Assembly: GCF_006345805.1 (NCBI RefSeq)
Contig: NC_043002.1
Location: 28,148,001-28,212,000 of the forward strand
DNA from: Octopus sinensis
Taxonomy: Eukaryota
Reading direction: 5' to 3'
Length of the DNA stretch: 64,000 nucleotides
Below the pieces are notes generated by a model that made no database searches, was not told where the DNA came from, and was given only the letters and a program-made list of their open reading frames with translations. The translations under genes and the position numbers were made by a program. Shown here piece after piece: positions 1-14,810 of the stretch. Each line of letters opens with the position of its first letter. Position 1 is the first letter of the stretch.

Positions 1-184
1 GTAAATGTCTTCTACGTTTGGAATATTCAGCCTTCTTCTGGGAAAAAGGATAGGCAAGGAAAGAAAAAAACAAAGATGGTGGAGGAAATGTACACAAATA
101 GAAACGCACGCGTCTCCAGCTGTCAACCGAGCTAAAATTGAAATATAAAAACCATTCATTTTATTATCTAATTACACACACACA

Positions 185-275
<91 letters not shown>

Positions 276-368
276 ATATATATACATACACATATATATA
301 TACATATACATATATATACATATATATATATATACATATATATATCGTACAGATATGTTGCATATACA

Positions 369-399
<31 letters not shown>

Positions 400-428
400 C
401 TGTGTGTGTGTGAGAGAGAGAGTATCGT

Positions 429-781
429 GGAGGAGCAATGGCCCAGTGGTTATGGCAGCGGTCTCGCGGCCGTAGGATCGCTTTTCGATTCTCAGACCGG
501 GCGTTGTGAGTGTTTATTGAGTGAAAACACCTAAAGCTCCACGAACTCCGGCAGAGGGTGGTGGCGACTTCCACTGTATTCTTTCACCACAACTTGCTGT
601 CACTCTTTCTTCCTGCTTCTGTTGTACCTCTGTTTCATAGAGCCAGCCTTGTCACTCTCTGTGTCACGCTGAATCTCCCCGCGAACTACGTTAAGGGTAC
701 GAGTACGTTAATTTCACGAGTAGGCTGTTCCGTTGATCGGATCAACTGGAACCCTCGTCGTTGTAACCGACGGAGTGCTAC
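429..781 (+). mobile_element. tRNA-derived SINE, family 1
   Basis: Pol III A-box TGGCCCAGTGG and degenerate B-box TTTTCGATTC. A homologous full copy lies on the minus strand at 19947-20324. Flanked by microsatellites. Confidence 0.85.
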
Positions 782-2499
782 GATATATATATATATATAT
801 ATAATATATATATATATATACACATGTGTGTATATATACATATATATATGTGTGTGTGTGTATATATATATATACACACACACTACTTATATGAACACAC
901 GCGTGCGTACGTGTGCATGCGTATATATATATGTACCATACGTGTATATGTATTAACTATACGTTTTATCATAATTAACTTCTCTTTCGCCTATTCGTTA
1001 TAAGTTTTCGACCATCGTCTGTAAAGCATCTGCCGCATACATTCACGTGCACCCATGTACAATCAAATACTAACACATAGAGACAACAGAGAGGGGAGGG
1101 GGAGAGAGAGACTCATAGGCACACACGTACACACGAATATTACAGATGGCATCTGACTGATAAACATACAAATAGATAAGTGAATGCATGCATACATGCC
1201 TACTTATTTTCTTTTCTTCTCTTGTGTATCGGTTAAAGCCAGCAGCCAAATTGCAAAACATAAAATATAAAACGTGTAACACAGAAACAAAGCGAAAACA
1301 AAGAGAAATTTTTGCCTGTTTTTCGTTTGTAGATTTGTGTGATATCTCGACATCAAATAACTTATACATACACAAACGTGTACATATACACACGCACAAA
1401 CACACATGCATATAGGGCCACATACACGCATTTATACACATACATATGGATGTGCGTGAATGTGTGTGCGCGTTGCTTGTGTGTGTGTACACTTATGCGC
1501 AAAGGCATATGATTGTGCTTCTATCTCTTCAAAGTTTCACCGTTTCAAAGAAAATTCACGCCTTTCTATTTATTTATCTTCGCCCCTTTCTTTGTTTTAT
1601 TCCAGTCTTTTTTCTTTTAATGTATATATGTGTGTGTGCGTGTGTGATTGTATGTATTCGTGCGTATGAGCATGTATACCTATCTATAGATACGTATATT
1701 AATTGATAGATAAATATATATGTTTATGCATACATAAAAAGTATATATGTCTGAGTACATGTATATATCAACTTCTATGAAAACATGTATATATACCTGA
1801 ATAGATACACATGTGTATGTGTCTGCGTATCTGTGTGCGTATGTGTGTGTGTGTGCGTGCGTGTGTGTGTGTAAGCTAGCCTGCAAAAGACTGCATCAGG
1901 AACCAGATATTAAGTCAGGTGCTGTCCAAAGACATTCACCATTGTTCTGCTTCCTTTGAAGACAACTTATGGTTTCTATTGCTGACCGACTCAACTAAGG
2001 TTTGTCCTGGAGCACAAATATTCTTAAGGATGCAGGAATCTGGACGGAGTTGTTAATGTAAAATTAGAAACAAATGAAATAATTGTCTGTATATGTGAAT
2101 GTGTTACACTCACATTGGCTGTGAATGTAGAATGAATAGATGAACAGATGGAAGTGTCTGCTGGTGTAACAGTGGTTTTGTAGTGGTGTTTCAGTAGTAC
2201 TGGCCTTCGGTGCTTTTAACGTTTGTTTGGTGTCAATATGGAATCTTATTTGGTCTCTACCGCTAAATCTATCGATCGATCACTATCGTTCTATCGCTCT
2301 CTTTATCTCACACTAATTCTCACTCAGTCTCTCTCTCTCTACACACACACACATTCACACACATGCACACACATACACACATGCACGCATGCACGCACAC
2401 ACGCGCACACGCATACGCACACACGTTCACAGAAAGAGCGAGAGATACATACCTTGCTATATATATACTTATCACTCACAACGCTTGCTGAACAGTAAA

Positions 2500-3490
2500 G
2501 AAAGTAATGATACAAGCATACTCAAAAACGTGAGAAACAATATCTTCAAAGTACGAATGGAACTAATGACCAAGTACTGTGAGAGTACAACTGTCTGATG
2601 TGACCCAAAGGTGGCTGGACTAGCCTACCTAAACAGAAGCTTGGGACGGAAACATAGTCCTACCAGCAAAAAGCAATGCATGGATACCTATACCATAAGC
2701 TAGAGGATAGCAGCAGCATTGTCTTGGCTATCTTGTAATAGCAGATAGCTACTAAATACCTGATAAACAACAGAGACCAAACTTCCACGCTGTGATATAA
2801 AATATTGGGTCTACTATACCAGTTTGGAAGATGTAAGCCATATTATTAGCGGCTGCCCCAAAATGTCCCCGGGCACTTTCTATTCCTGCGACATGATATA
2901 ATTGCAATAACGATTTACAATGCTTCCGCAGAAGTACCCTGACAGATACGTCAAAGGTTGGATACTCCAATGAAAACAGCAATCCAGGGCAAACTCAACT
3001 GATCTGATATTGTCCTGTGGAACAGGGAACAGAAGTCTTGCACTGTTGCAGAGGTCAGCTGCCCAGCGGATGTGAATGTACTGTCAAAACGTCACGAAAA
3101 AGAGAATATTACTGGTGAATTAATGCGAAACTCACAACTCTGACTATACATTTTCATTTGTACTTATCAACATGAGGTGCATTTGACTATGTATCTATAG
3201 GTTTATACAAAACCCTAGAAGTATTACGTTTTGCGAAGAAAGAGCAAAAGAAACTGACACTCATTCTTTATTCTATTAGCAGCTCTGTGAAAAGTTTTAA
3301 GACATTCTAAAGATTCTCCATTTCACATTCTTTAGATGTATAAATGAATAAACTTGGTTGTGTGCATCCACTGTTCATCCAGCACACTAGCCAGCTCAGC
3401 GACATATTTACAAATGCTGGGAACACTCTTAACTCTTGTCACTTTGAACTCTTTCTAAAGAAGAACTTAAATAAAATTGAATGAAAAATA
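2500..3490 (+). mobile_element. 3' fragment of an RLE-type (R2/R4/NeSL group) non-LTR retrotransposon, decayed
   Basis: Broken frames give IATKYLINNRDQ, EDVSHIISGCPKMS (knuckle H/C), SDIVLWNREQKSCTVAEVSCPADVNV and EKENI, typical of the restriction-like endonuclease region. Confidence 0.75.
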
Positions 3491-4569
3491 TATATATTTA
3501 TATAGTTCTAGCCATATGCGCGCCTGTGTATGTGTGTGTACGTGTGTGTATGAGGATGTGTGTATGTGTATATGTGTTTATGTGTGTGTATGTGTCTATG
3601 TTTGTGTGTGTGTGTGTGTAATGGACTAGCTTAAAAGCTGCACTCTGTGCGGACTTTTACGTGAGCTCCTGCAGAGAGCTAATTAGGCCTGCAACCCAAA
3701 ACTAAAGAGAGCTAAATAGCATGACAATAATACGTCTACACGGCGGTGTTTGATCAGATTCTAAGGACGGATAAGAATTAATTCCATAGTGCAATCATTC
3801 TATCATTCCAGTCCCAAGTTGAATTCCAACTGTTGACCAACTTGTCCTAAGGTTCTTATCCCGACATAAAACTAACGAAGCGAATGTCATTTATCTCCTC
3901 CATGATCTCTGACGTCATCTGACAAACGCCAACTAAGATGGCGTGAATCAGCTACTCTTTACCTGCTAGAAATAGCAACTCAAATGCTTTTAAATCATAT
4001 CCCAATGCTGAATATTCAAGAACCAAATGAAGGGCAGATTTTCAATCCCGGAATCATCCAGATTCCAAAAAGGTATAATATATCTATGTAGAGCAAATAT
4101 AAACTAGGATACGGGGGTCCCGGACAGACAGAGTTTCATGTTTATTATTATAGACGTTTCGGTCAGTTTCGAGATATGACCAATCATTTGTTTGATCAAT
4201 TCATTCGATAACGTGGAAAGTGAGTAAACATTCCACTGACGCGAGTATCTTTTTATGAAAGAAGAATCAATGTCACTGCAATTGAAATGCTTGCAGAGAA
4301 AGGTACGAGTTCTGTCAACAGAATTTCCCTCACAAGGCTTTACTCTACCCGAACCTAGCGTAAACCTTCTTCCAAAATTTGAAGTGAACTACTTTACTAA
4401 GCTATGCCTGTTTGTAATCACGCACGCGCGTGCGTATACACACGCACGCATATGTATATACAAAACTTTTGTATACACACATATAAGCACACATTGTGTA
4501 TGTTTGCAGACTTATAATATTTAAATATATATATATATATATATATATGTATGCATGTATGCATGTATG

Positions 4570-4603
<34 letters not shown>

Positions 4604-4799
4604 TGTATGTATGTATGTATGTATGTATGTATGTATGTATGTATGCATGTATGTATGTATGTATGTATAAAAGCAGTTTATAAACTTAGTATATAAATTC
4701 ATAACCTTAACACAGTAGTTTTTCCTCCCTCCATGTTGACCAGCTGGTTTCTTGTGTGACCTCATAACTACATTGTATTTCCTGGAGTTAAGTGGAATT

Positions 4800-5197
4800 G
4801 TTTCAAGTAGAGTCTTGAAGGTTCAGATGAGGTCATTGTTGTTGTGCAGCATCTTTTGCAGAGGCACCACAATGTGCATCCTGGTGCCAGAAATGTTCTT
4901 GCCCCTCTCTTGCCCTTCATGTTGAGAATCACCCATCAAGTATATTTGTACGAATTTTGGTGACTCATTTGACAGAGGTAGTAGAGAGTCAATCCGATGA
5001 TAAATTTGCCTGTAGATCTTGAAAGCTTGCATGAATCCTGGTTCAGTTATTTCTCTTATAGTTCCAGATGATATCATCTGTAATGCAGCGTTATATTGTC
5101 GAATTTTGTTTTGAAAGTGCTTAGAATCTTGGTCGGTTGACCAAGTTTCTTCAATGGTTCTGGGATTGGGGCATTCCAGGGAGTTTAACCGTTCCAC
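4800..5197 (-). mobile_element. Helitron Rep/helicase N-terminal fragment
   Basis: ORF 4823-5197 reads SKHFQNKIRQYNAALQM...FKIYRQIYHRIDSLLP...PKFVQIYLMGD...LQKMLHNNNDLI, matching the Helitron motif pattern NIRxYNxxFQMTS / FKIQGQIYHRIGSLLP / PKFLQIYF. Cut at 5197 by a SINE. Confidence 0.85.
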
Positions 5198-5199
5198 CG

Positions 5200-5520
5200 C
5201 AGCAGTTCAGCAACGTGGTTCTGGGTTCAGTCCCTCTGCGTGGCACCTTGGGCAAATGTCTTCTTCTATAGCCTTGTTAGTGGATTTGGTAAACGGAAAC
5301 TGAAAGAAGCCCGTCATATATATATAATTTATGTATGTATATATTTATGTGTCTGTGTTTACCACCCGCCAACATCGCTTGGCAACCGATTTATTGGTGT
5401 GTTTGCGTTCCCGTAAGCTAGCGATTCGGCAAAAGAGACCGACAGAATAAGTAATAGGTTTACAAAGAATAAGCTCTGGGTCGATTTGTTCGACTAAAGG
5501 CAGTGCTCCAGTATGGCCAT
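5200..5520 (+). mobile_element. CORE-like SINE, family 2, degenerate copy
   Basis: GGTTCAGTCCC B-box, CCTTGGGCAAATGTCTT core, internal microsatellite and 3' body alignable to 26893-27309. Confidence 0.8.
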
Positions 5521-5561
5521 GTTTGTATGTATGCATGTATGCATCTATGTATTTATATATA

Positions 5562-5597
<36 letters not shown>

Positions 5598-5619
5598 TGT
5601 ATGTATGTATGTATGTATG

Positions 5620-5652
<33 letters not shown>

Positions 5653-6765
5653 GATTCGGAATCGTGGATAAATTTGTAGAAAACTGCAAAACATTTGCAG
5701 ATGATGGGACTCTAAACATGAGTGACTCAGACTTTCCCTTAACTTGTTCAAATAAAAGTGCTCGAGCCTGACTTTATCAAACAACTGAAAGCACCAAATC
5801 TATAAGAAAAGAAAATAGAAGAATGTGTTTTATTTTGTGTTTGACGTAGTTTGTTCACCAAATATTTGTTTTATCTTTGTATATCTATGCATATTTTCTC
5901 AAGGTTTTAGTGTTTGATCTTGTATTTATAAATGTAATGTTTCTCAACTCTTCAGCAGGTTTGAGTGTACATACTATACCAATGAGTTTTGACTGAGCAA
6001 TACAATATGTCCCCGATTCTTCGTTTTCTGCAAATACGCATTTGACTTCTAGTGAATTTATCTCGAAATTCTCTCTCTCTCTCACTCTCTATCTCTCTCT
6101 CCCTGTCTCTCTGCCCCACTCACTCACTCTCTCACTCACTGTCATTCTCTCTCTCGCTCACCCACTTAGTTGCTCTCTATCTATCTCTCGCTGTCTCTGA
6201 ACTCGCGTCGCTTCGAAAAATAAGGATTCGGCAAGATATCTGCACAGGTGTTCGAAGAATTTGCACGATTACTATTATTACCGAGGTCTTGTTTTTGCAG
6301 AGCCGAGTCACGAGCCCAATATACAGGGTATAAGATTTGTATCGAATTACCTTCTTTAATAGGAGCAGCTAAAGAGCGGAAGGGCCTCATCTACCCTGGG
6401 TCTGTTGTATTGTTTGTGAATAGCAATATTTCAAAAATAGAACTTCTAAATAAAACAGGAGATAAGTACGTTTCAATGTACATTATACATGTATGCGTTT
6501 ATTGTATAAATAAATATGTATGTGCACACATGTGACTGTATTTTTAAAAATCACATACATAAAATATATTTATATATATAAGTATACTCACACACGCACA
6601 CACGCATACACATACACACGCACACAGACACTCGCAAATACAAACACACACGCATATTTATACATATACATTGACATACTTAAAAATATAAAGACTTATA
6701 TAATTACATCTATGAGTGTATGTAGGTATGTATGTTTGTATGTGTGTGTGTGTGTGTGTGTGTGC

Positions 6766-6815
<50 letters not shown>

Positions 6816-7689
6816 TTTCTTTACCATGTTCAAGGTTCCGTTCCATTTAGCGAGAAATACCATTTCCTTAATAATAATATACAAGAAAAGAAAATAATAA
6901 AAAGAGAAAACAGCTTAAAGATATTTGAGTGCTTTTATATATTATATACTAATGACTGACATGGCTTTTGTTGAAGACAAGGTGGGGGAAGAGTAAGAAG
7001 AGGAAGAGGGGGAGAGATAGTGGAGAGCGAAAAAAGAGATGTTGGGTAAGAGACAGGTTGTCAGGAGGGGTTCCTACCGTCAAACGCCTTGAGTTTTGGT
7101 ACAGTGTGACGATGGTGCTTGACCAAACACGGAATTTCGTGAGGTGTGCAAGAGTGGGAGTGGTGTGTGGTACTTGACAGGCTTTTGTGGAGGTTTTTGT
7201 TAAGAGCGGTATGGTGGTATTTTTAAGGGAAGCATAGGTGGAGGGTTAGGTGTTAAGACGGTAAGAATAGAGGTAATGGTAATTGTGAGGGGCAGGACGA
7301 GGGAAGGAACTAAGGGAGAAATAAAAGGAAACAAAGGGAATAGCAGCAAGAAAAGATGAGGAAAAATGGAATTGTGGGAAGGATCGGTAGGTGCATAGGG
7401 TGAGAGACAGTAGCTGGTGTATGTGTGCGTAAGACCACTTGCGTGTATGTGTGTTTGTATGTGTATACGAGAGTCTGTGCGTGAATGTGTGCGTGGTGTA
7501 GGTGTGGTGTGTGAAAGGGTGGTGTAGCGAGAAATAAAAGTAAAACTATATAAGTAAGAATTTCGAATGGACTGACATATATAAATGTAAAGATATCTAC
7601 ATGTGTGTGCCTACGTGTGTACGTGGGGTAATATCGATAGATAGATAGATAGATAGATATACACACACACACACACACATTCAAACACA

Positions 7690-7709
7690 TATATGTATGT
7701 TAAAACATT

Positions 7710-7782
<73 letters not shown>

Positions 7783-7834
7783 ATAGACATATATATATAT
7801 ATATATATATACATATATATATGTATATATATAC

Positions 7835-7913
<79 letters not shown>

Positions 7914-8040
7914 CCATATATATATATATATACACATATATATACATATATATATATATGTATATATATGTATATGCATATATATATAAACACACACATA
8001 TGCATGTATATGCGAATAATATATACATATACATAATTCT
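7690..8040. repeat. (TA)n-rich microsatellite tract
   Basis: Imperfect TA/TATG array and source of several spurious ORFs. Similar TA, CA and TATG arrays occur throughout the window. Confidence 0.95.
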
Positions 8041-10139
8041 GTGTATGTGTGTCATATGTTTATGTATGCATATGTGTGAGATATGGATGTGTTACTATGT
8101 CTGTGTACAAAGAAGGAACAAACATATTGCATGTATGTGTGTATATATATATATATATATACATACATACACATGCATACATATACACAAACGTACATAT
8201 AATCACACATATGTGTGTGCTTGGAGAGAGAGTGAGAGAGAGAGAGAGAGAATAGGTAAAGAATGGGACAGAGACAATAATACAATATTCAAGCACATAA
8301 AACTAAATATAAATAATATACATATATGCGTAAGAGACACACGCACAAATACACATACACACCGCCAGTACTAAGAATAAGAATATCACTAAAAGAAATT
8401 ACTCAAAATACAGATACATGGTTTTACCTTCACCCACACCCCACAAAAATGCACAAATAAGACCCTAAAATAGTACAAACAATAAAGCCCCGGCGAAAAA
8501 TACAAGACAATATAAGAAAATGGGAAGCTAAGAAAGAAATATGCTGTATGGTAAGAATATTGTGATAAAGATATTGAGGAATTCTCTTATTGTATGTAAT
8601 TAAAGAAGTGAAAAAACAACAGCAACGATCTGAGATTTTTCATCTAACAGAGTGCTGCCATTGATGATGTGTTTGGTATAGTGGTATATTGCGATATATA
8701 TTTTGTTGTTTTGTTGGGGAAGGAGCAGTAGAGATTTTGACGGTGGTTATGGTGGTAATGGTGGTATGGCAGTGGTAGTGCTGTGTTGGAATATCAGTAT
8801 TGGTGATGGTGGTATGGTTATAGTGCTAGTAGTAGCGGTGGCAGTGGTGGTGGTGGTGGTGGTGGAAATGGTGATTGTGGTGACGTAGTGATGGTATTAA
8901 TATTGTCGTTACTTAGTGATATAGTGGCAGTGATGACGTTCACAGTAGTGTTACTATTGTTTCAAATTTTGGCGCCAAAGCAGCAATCTTAGGAGAAAAG
9001 TGTAGGTTGATTACTTCGGCTCCACCACTTGACTGGTACTTCATTAACTAGTAACCGAGAAGATGAAAGGCAAGACCGACCTCGGAGGGATTTGAACGTA
9101 AAGTGTCGGACTAGTAGTGTTAATATTGGTGTTGCTTTGTAACAGTAATGTTTGTAGTGGGGATAGCGGAGAGGATGTTGATGGTAGTTGTGGTATTCAG
9201 CATGGTTTTGCATATGTGGGGATTGTGGTGAAGGTCGTGGTGATGGCGGTACCGATGTTGATAGTCATGGATAACGAGGACGGCATTGCGTCTTTTAGTT
9301 GTGGTTGTAAATTCAGTGATGGGATATGTAACTCAATAATGGTGCTGGTGCTGGTGTTGTTCAATATGTCCTTTTCTTTTCTATGGTTACATTCTGTGAT
9401 TCGAAAGGTTGTAGCTGATATTTCTAGCTCTTCAAAGGTTCGTCCAGATGATATCTTCACCCAACTGGTGACGATGGTGATTGTGATAGTAACGGTATTG
9501 ATGTTTGTACTATTGTTAACGAAGTAAAGGGTGTTTATTTCCTAAGGAAAACTTTTATTAAGCAAAATTTGAAACAAAGGATTTCCTGCAGCTAATGTAG
9601 TCTATATACTACGGAGAAAAGCCTGATCATAAAGACGTCCACTGCAACAAGGGATACATTCAAATGCTAAGTGTGCAGCGTTGGGAAAATGTAAAAACGA
9701 AGATAGTTTCTGGACAATAAGAAAAAGGCCACAATATTTATCATAAAAATAACTAAAACAAAATTATCGACCGTATCTGTAATCAACATAATGTTTTATG
9801 TTCTAAGCCCTTCTCTAACTGTTATGGGAAAGCTAGCAAACTTAACTCCTGAATATCAATCTGATCTGTTTCAAAGAGCAACCAAATGTTCTGCAAATAG
9901 AATCTTATCGCCATTTTAAAGCGGCAAAAATAAGGACAGTGAGGACAGTTATATCATATATCTCAAGAGTAATGACACTAAATGAAATTAAACAAGTTGC
10001 CATCTAAATATGTGTAAAAACTGTGTGAATGACTCATTCAGATCATACATTTGGTCACAAAATACCCATTTCTAAGAGTTGCAGATAATTTCAGTTGAAA
10101 TTTCCACCCAAACCTCCTGATTTGCGTAAATGTTGACTA

Positions 10140-10233
<94 letters not shown>

Positions 10234-10254
10234 CGGCGACTGCTGCTGCTGCTG

Positions 10255-10303
<49 letters not shown>

Positions 10304-10332
10304 GACGGCGGCGACTGCTGCTGCTGCTGCTG

Positions 10333-10390
<58 letters not shown>

Positions 10391-10445
10391 AGCTGCTGCT
10401 GCTACTGCTACTGTTGCTGCTGCTACTACTACTCCTGTGCTACTG
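10140..10445. repeat. Compound trinucleotide microsatellite (TAC)n/(GAC)n/(TGC)n
   Basis: Directly visible in-phase alternating blocks. Confidence 0.95.
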
Positions 10446-10604
10446 ATGCTGTTGTTCACGTAACAACCACAACAATTAATTAAACTCCTGACCCTTTATT
10501 TAGCAGCGAAATTTTCCTCAGTTCCCTCACTACTGTCGTAAAAAAAAAAAAAAAGAATAAAGCATTGGATAAAGCAGATCAGATAATAATAATAATAAAA
10601 TAAT

Positions 10605-10765
10605 CCTTTCTACTAAAGGCACAAGGCTTGAAATTTCGAAGGAGGGGACTAATCGATTACATCGATCCCAGTGTTTCACTGGTACTTAATTTATCGACCC
10701 CGAAAAGGATGAAAGGTAAAGTCGACCCCGGCGGAACTTGAACTCAGAACGTAGCAACGGGCGAA

Positions 10766-10766
<1 letters not shown>
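10605..10766 (-). mobile_element. Meta/MESC-like SINE, family 3, head truncated
   Basis: Minus strand reads GAGTTCAAGTTCC...ACCTTTCATCCTTTTCGGGGTCGATAAATTAAGTACCAG. Ends abruptly at a (TAA)n array. Confidence 0.8.

Positions 10767-10812
<46 letters not shown>
10767..10812. repeat. (TAA)n array upstream of Dong-like element 1
   Basis: Directly visible. Confidence 0.95.
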
Positions 10813-10814
<2 letters not shown>

Positions 10815-13800
10815 TAGCTCCTGTTAAATAACAACTTAGACATACACTAAGAAGTTCTTGCCTCAAAACAAATTTAATCCAGTAACATCGGTGCAATAGA
10901 AGGAAAACTTTGCGATACAACTGTAGGAAAAGTTCTGTTAAAGCAAAGGAACTGAAAAAAATCGGGAAGATTTTTGTTAAATACAGTGTAGTGTCTTTCT
11001 TAAATGCGTGATATCTCAAAGTGACATACTTAAGACGTCGAAACCAGCACTAGGAACCCTGGAAAAACACACCAAACACACTGATTACACAGTAAGTACG
11101 TAAATTGAATAATTACCTATACATGCAACTGTCTATACATCCGTGTGCACATACTAATATTTATAAGCAACATAAATAATGCCTACACGACACACACGTT
11201 CACACACAGAAAATAAGAGAAAAACACGTGTCACGAACGACGCCGCACCAATCAAAAACAAAGCGACTTCCCACCAACGAATATAAAAAGGAGCAAATCG
11301 GTCACGCATTTTAAAGCATTGTTAAATAGTTATGCCCGGAAACATAGCTACCAAAAAAATACAGGCTATTTTCGATATATCAGCCTACGATATGACAAGT
11401 ATATCCATTCGAAGAACAAGAAAGTGGTGTTATGTCAAAAGTCCATCCTGAACAAACAGACCCGTTTCCTATTGTAACCGTCAATACTTTAATGACAAGC
11501 CAAATCTCAAGCCAGATCGGTCATCGCTCGAGACAAGGCCGCGTTACCCAGTGGGGAACCAGACTGGGTCGAAAAGTCTACTACTGGAACAGCCTCTCAA
11601 AAAAACATAAAACAAACGAACTACCAGGTAACCAGAACCAGTATAACCCTAACCTTAGACCTGTAATGACATCACTTGAAACAAAACGCATAAAATGGAC
11701 TAGAGAGGATTATAGAGATGTGTTGAAAGCTTTCTATAAAGCCCAACTAAACTCAAACAATGACCTCATTGGAGAAACTTATTAGGAAACGAAGTACGCC
11801 GATATATAGTCGCAAATAAATTAAGTAATGTACGTAGAGACATCATTAAGAATAAAAAGATTAATTGACCTTGAAATTAGACAAATTAGGACGCTAATAT
11901 CTCATGGTAGACCAAAGGAAAACAGCAACAATGCAGATGAAATAGGTAACAGATGCACAGAACCCAGTGTACCTGCAGTACATCCTAACGAGGAAGCTGA
12001 AAAAAGATTTACGAAGAAATGATATACGGAAAAAGAGGAGAAAGTAGACCTACCTCAAGATCGCCAAAATAGATATGACACAGAATCTGAGGTGAATAAT
12101 AAAGAGATCATAGAAGCAAAAGAAGATATTACGGGAGAACTCAGCAAAAGTGAATTTACTGACATGATCAATAGAGAACTGCTACCAAAGCTCTCAAATA
12201 GCATAAACAATTACAACTTAATCATGTTATATAATGTTACTCTTAGACAGATCTTAAGAAATAAAGGATATTACCCAACCTTAACAAACCTCATCTATTC
12301 TATTGCTAAAGCTGTAACTGCTCAACTAGGTACCAGGACGATATAAAAAGGACCTACCATGTCAACAGACCTCCTAAGTGGAAATTAGCAATACAAAGAG
12401 ATCGAATTTTTGCGGGCAGATGAATCAGTTCCCAATGAACTTGCTAGAGAAATAAGTGTTGAGATGAAAAAAGCTAGAAAACTCAAGCAAAAATATAAAA
12501 TCAAAGATTTTATAAACCTCCTAGAACCAAGGAAACAGTGAAACAGCGAATACAACTGAAAGCTCAACGGCTCAGAAGGTATGACAAAATAATCAAATTT
12601 TATCGACAAAACAAGGTATTCAAAACAGATGCAAAGAAATTTTATAGGGAAATTGGCAAAAGCATGATAGAAGTAAAGGATCCACCTAAGACTGAGAAAA
12701 TGGAAGAGTTCTGGAAGAAGATATGGAACAACAAAAAAGAATATAATGCTGAAGTTCACTGGATAGAACGTGAGAACGTGAGACTGGATGAAGTTGAAGA
12801 GCAGAAATGAGAGGCAATAGGCGTAGAAGAGCTAAGATATGTTCTTAGAAAGTCTCACAATCAGAAAGCCCCAGTACTGAGCCGGATCCCTAACTTCTGG
12901 CCGAACTGACAGAAGTACAGCAACATTTTGCTGCATCCTTAACTGATGTCATCCAGAACCTAGAGCAAATACCTGCATGACTGACTGAAGGAACAACGTA
13001 CCTTCTACCAAAAATAATACTATTATAGCAAACCACCTGTTTCATATATACGATCTGAAGCTGTTTGCTAGAAATGACGAAGAGTTTGTAGGGCTGTTAA
13101 CAACTGTTAAAGTGTTCAGTAATGACACCGGGATGGATTTTGGCCTTGATAATTGTGCTTAATCAACCTTTGTAAGAGGCAAGATCAAACAAACAACTTC
13201 CATTAAATTAGATACCGGCACTACTATCAAGGAACTTAACCCACAAGAAAGTTATAAATACGTGGGGATTAACGAAGGAGATGTTATACAACATGCTACT
13301 ATGAAGGAAAATAAGGAATGAGTATTACAGGAGAGTAAGGCTTATACTAAAAACTTAAATCAACTCGAAAAATCGCTTCGATGCTTTTCACACCCTGGCA
13401 CTTCCGGTCATCCAGTTTTAACATCATTAACTGGAACTCTACGGAGCTCCAACGCCTGGATAGGAAGACAAGAAAACGACTAAGAACATGCACTTGCCAA
13501 AAGCAAACGTTGATCGTCTGTACCTACCAAAACGTAATGGGGGAAAAGGAATGATGCAGGTAGAACTGTGCAATAAGACCTTTACAATAGCAATGAACAA
13601 GTACTTATTTAGTAAGGGAGACTGGATGCTGCGGCTTGTGTGCAAACATGAAAGCAGCAAAAAATTACATTCTGTTGTCAAGGAAGCTTGCAAATTCACA
13701 AGGGAACTCGGCTTTAACTCTGACTTAGATGAAGAACCTGAAACACTTGCCACCAAACAAGCACAATGGATCAAATAGACTGCAAAAAAGGACGAGCAGA

Positions 13801-14744
13801 AACAAATTGAGGAACGATGGAGCCAGAAGCTTCTGCATGAGCAGTATATACTTCGAAGCCGAAATGCCGATGTAGACCAAGCAACAACTCATCAGTGGTT
13901 GAGAAGCTCGGGACAAAAAGCAGAGACAGAAGGTTTCATATTGGCGGCACAACATCAAAGCATGCTTATCAAAAACTACCAGGTTAACGTTCTTCAAAAT
14001 GGTTCTGACCCTAAATGCAGATTCTGAGACAAATTTAATGAAACAATAAACCATCTCGTCTAGGGATGTCCTGTGCTGATACCAAACAAATACAAAAATC
14101 GTGACGATTGGATAGGACAGCATTTACATTGGAAAATATATAAATAAACACTATAAACTCAGCACTCCTGCTTACTGGTATGAACATCATCCTGTGCCAA
14201 TCGTTAAAGGTAAAAATGTCACTATCCTCTGAGATTTTCCAGTCAACACTGACAGAACAATCCAGGCTAATCGAACAGACACAGTCATTGAAGACAGAGA
14301 AGAAAATTCTTGTAGACTAATAGATATAAGTATTGCCAAAGATAAAAATATATCTGCCAAGGATTTGGCAAGTTAAGCAAATATAAGCACCTAGAAATTG
14401 AAATACAAAAGATGTGGTATTTTAAAGCGAGAACTGTTCATGTTATTGTAGGTGACCAAAGTATGATAAGAAAGGGATGCTAGAAACATCAAGATAATAT
14501 CCCAGGAGAACCGTGTCTCAGAGAAATCCAAAAGATTGTGCTGACTAGTACTGTCTATATCCTTAGAAAAACCCTCTCAATTTAAATATCTGTGTTGTAT
14601 TACATAAAGATATCTCGCTACTGCCCCTGCCACTTCTCCTCCCCAAGTTTTCAGTTATACTGTAACATCTCTTATCCTTCATTCGCTCTAGCATGGTGGG
14701 TGCGTCTCGGCAAGTGATTGTAACAAATATGCAGATTAAAAGTA

Positions 14745-14745
<1 letters not shown>
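10813..14745 (+). mobile_element. R4/Dong-like non-LTR retrotransposon, element 1, decayed with an internal RT deletion
   Basis: Fragments KRIKWTREDY, IQLKAQRLRRYDK...FYRQNKVFKTDAKKFYREI, VDRLYLPKRNGGKG, HQWLR...ETEGFILAAQ, ETINHLV-GCP, ANRTD..I, RKTLSI-stop. 3' UTR ends at (TAA)n. The 5' boundary (10813-11430) is inferred. Confidence 0.85.
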
Positions 14746-14784
<39 letters not shown>

Positions 14785-14809
14785 TAATAATAATAATAAT
14801 AATAATAAT
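14746..14809. repeat. (TAA)n array between the two Dong-like elements
   Basis: Directly visible, one interruption. Confidence 0.95.
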
Positions 14810-14810
14810 C

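Noticed and set aside
429-510. tRNA-like heads here and at other SINE 5' ends
   Set aside because: They continue directly into SINE bodies and lack a complete cloverleaf, so they are not called tRNA genes.
138-1886. ORFs rich in YI/HT/CV repeats, and the many similar ORFs across the window
   Set aside because: They are translations of (TA)n, (CA)n and (TATG)n microsatellites, which lack stops in some frames.
4148-4190. GGTCA/TGACC-GAAAC-GTC on the minus strand, and a similar relic at 8-50
   Set aside because: The CUGANGA half and stem I are too degraded to call. At best these are old pLTR remnants.
6968-7300. Possible PLE-like coding remnant on the minus strand
   Set aside because: Only vague motif resemblance in G-rich low-complexity sequence.
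8703-9527. Hydrophobic Val-rich ORFs resembling membrane proteins
   Set aside because: Degenerate (GTG/GAT)n sequence interrupted by a SINE fragment at about 9000-9110.
11540-11575. ACCCAGT/ACTGGGT hairpin followed by CGAAA in the Dong 5' region
   Set aside because: No upstream CUGANGA, and I could not build an HDV-like pseudoknot.
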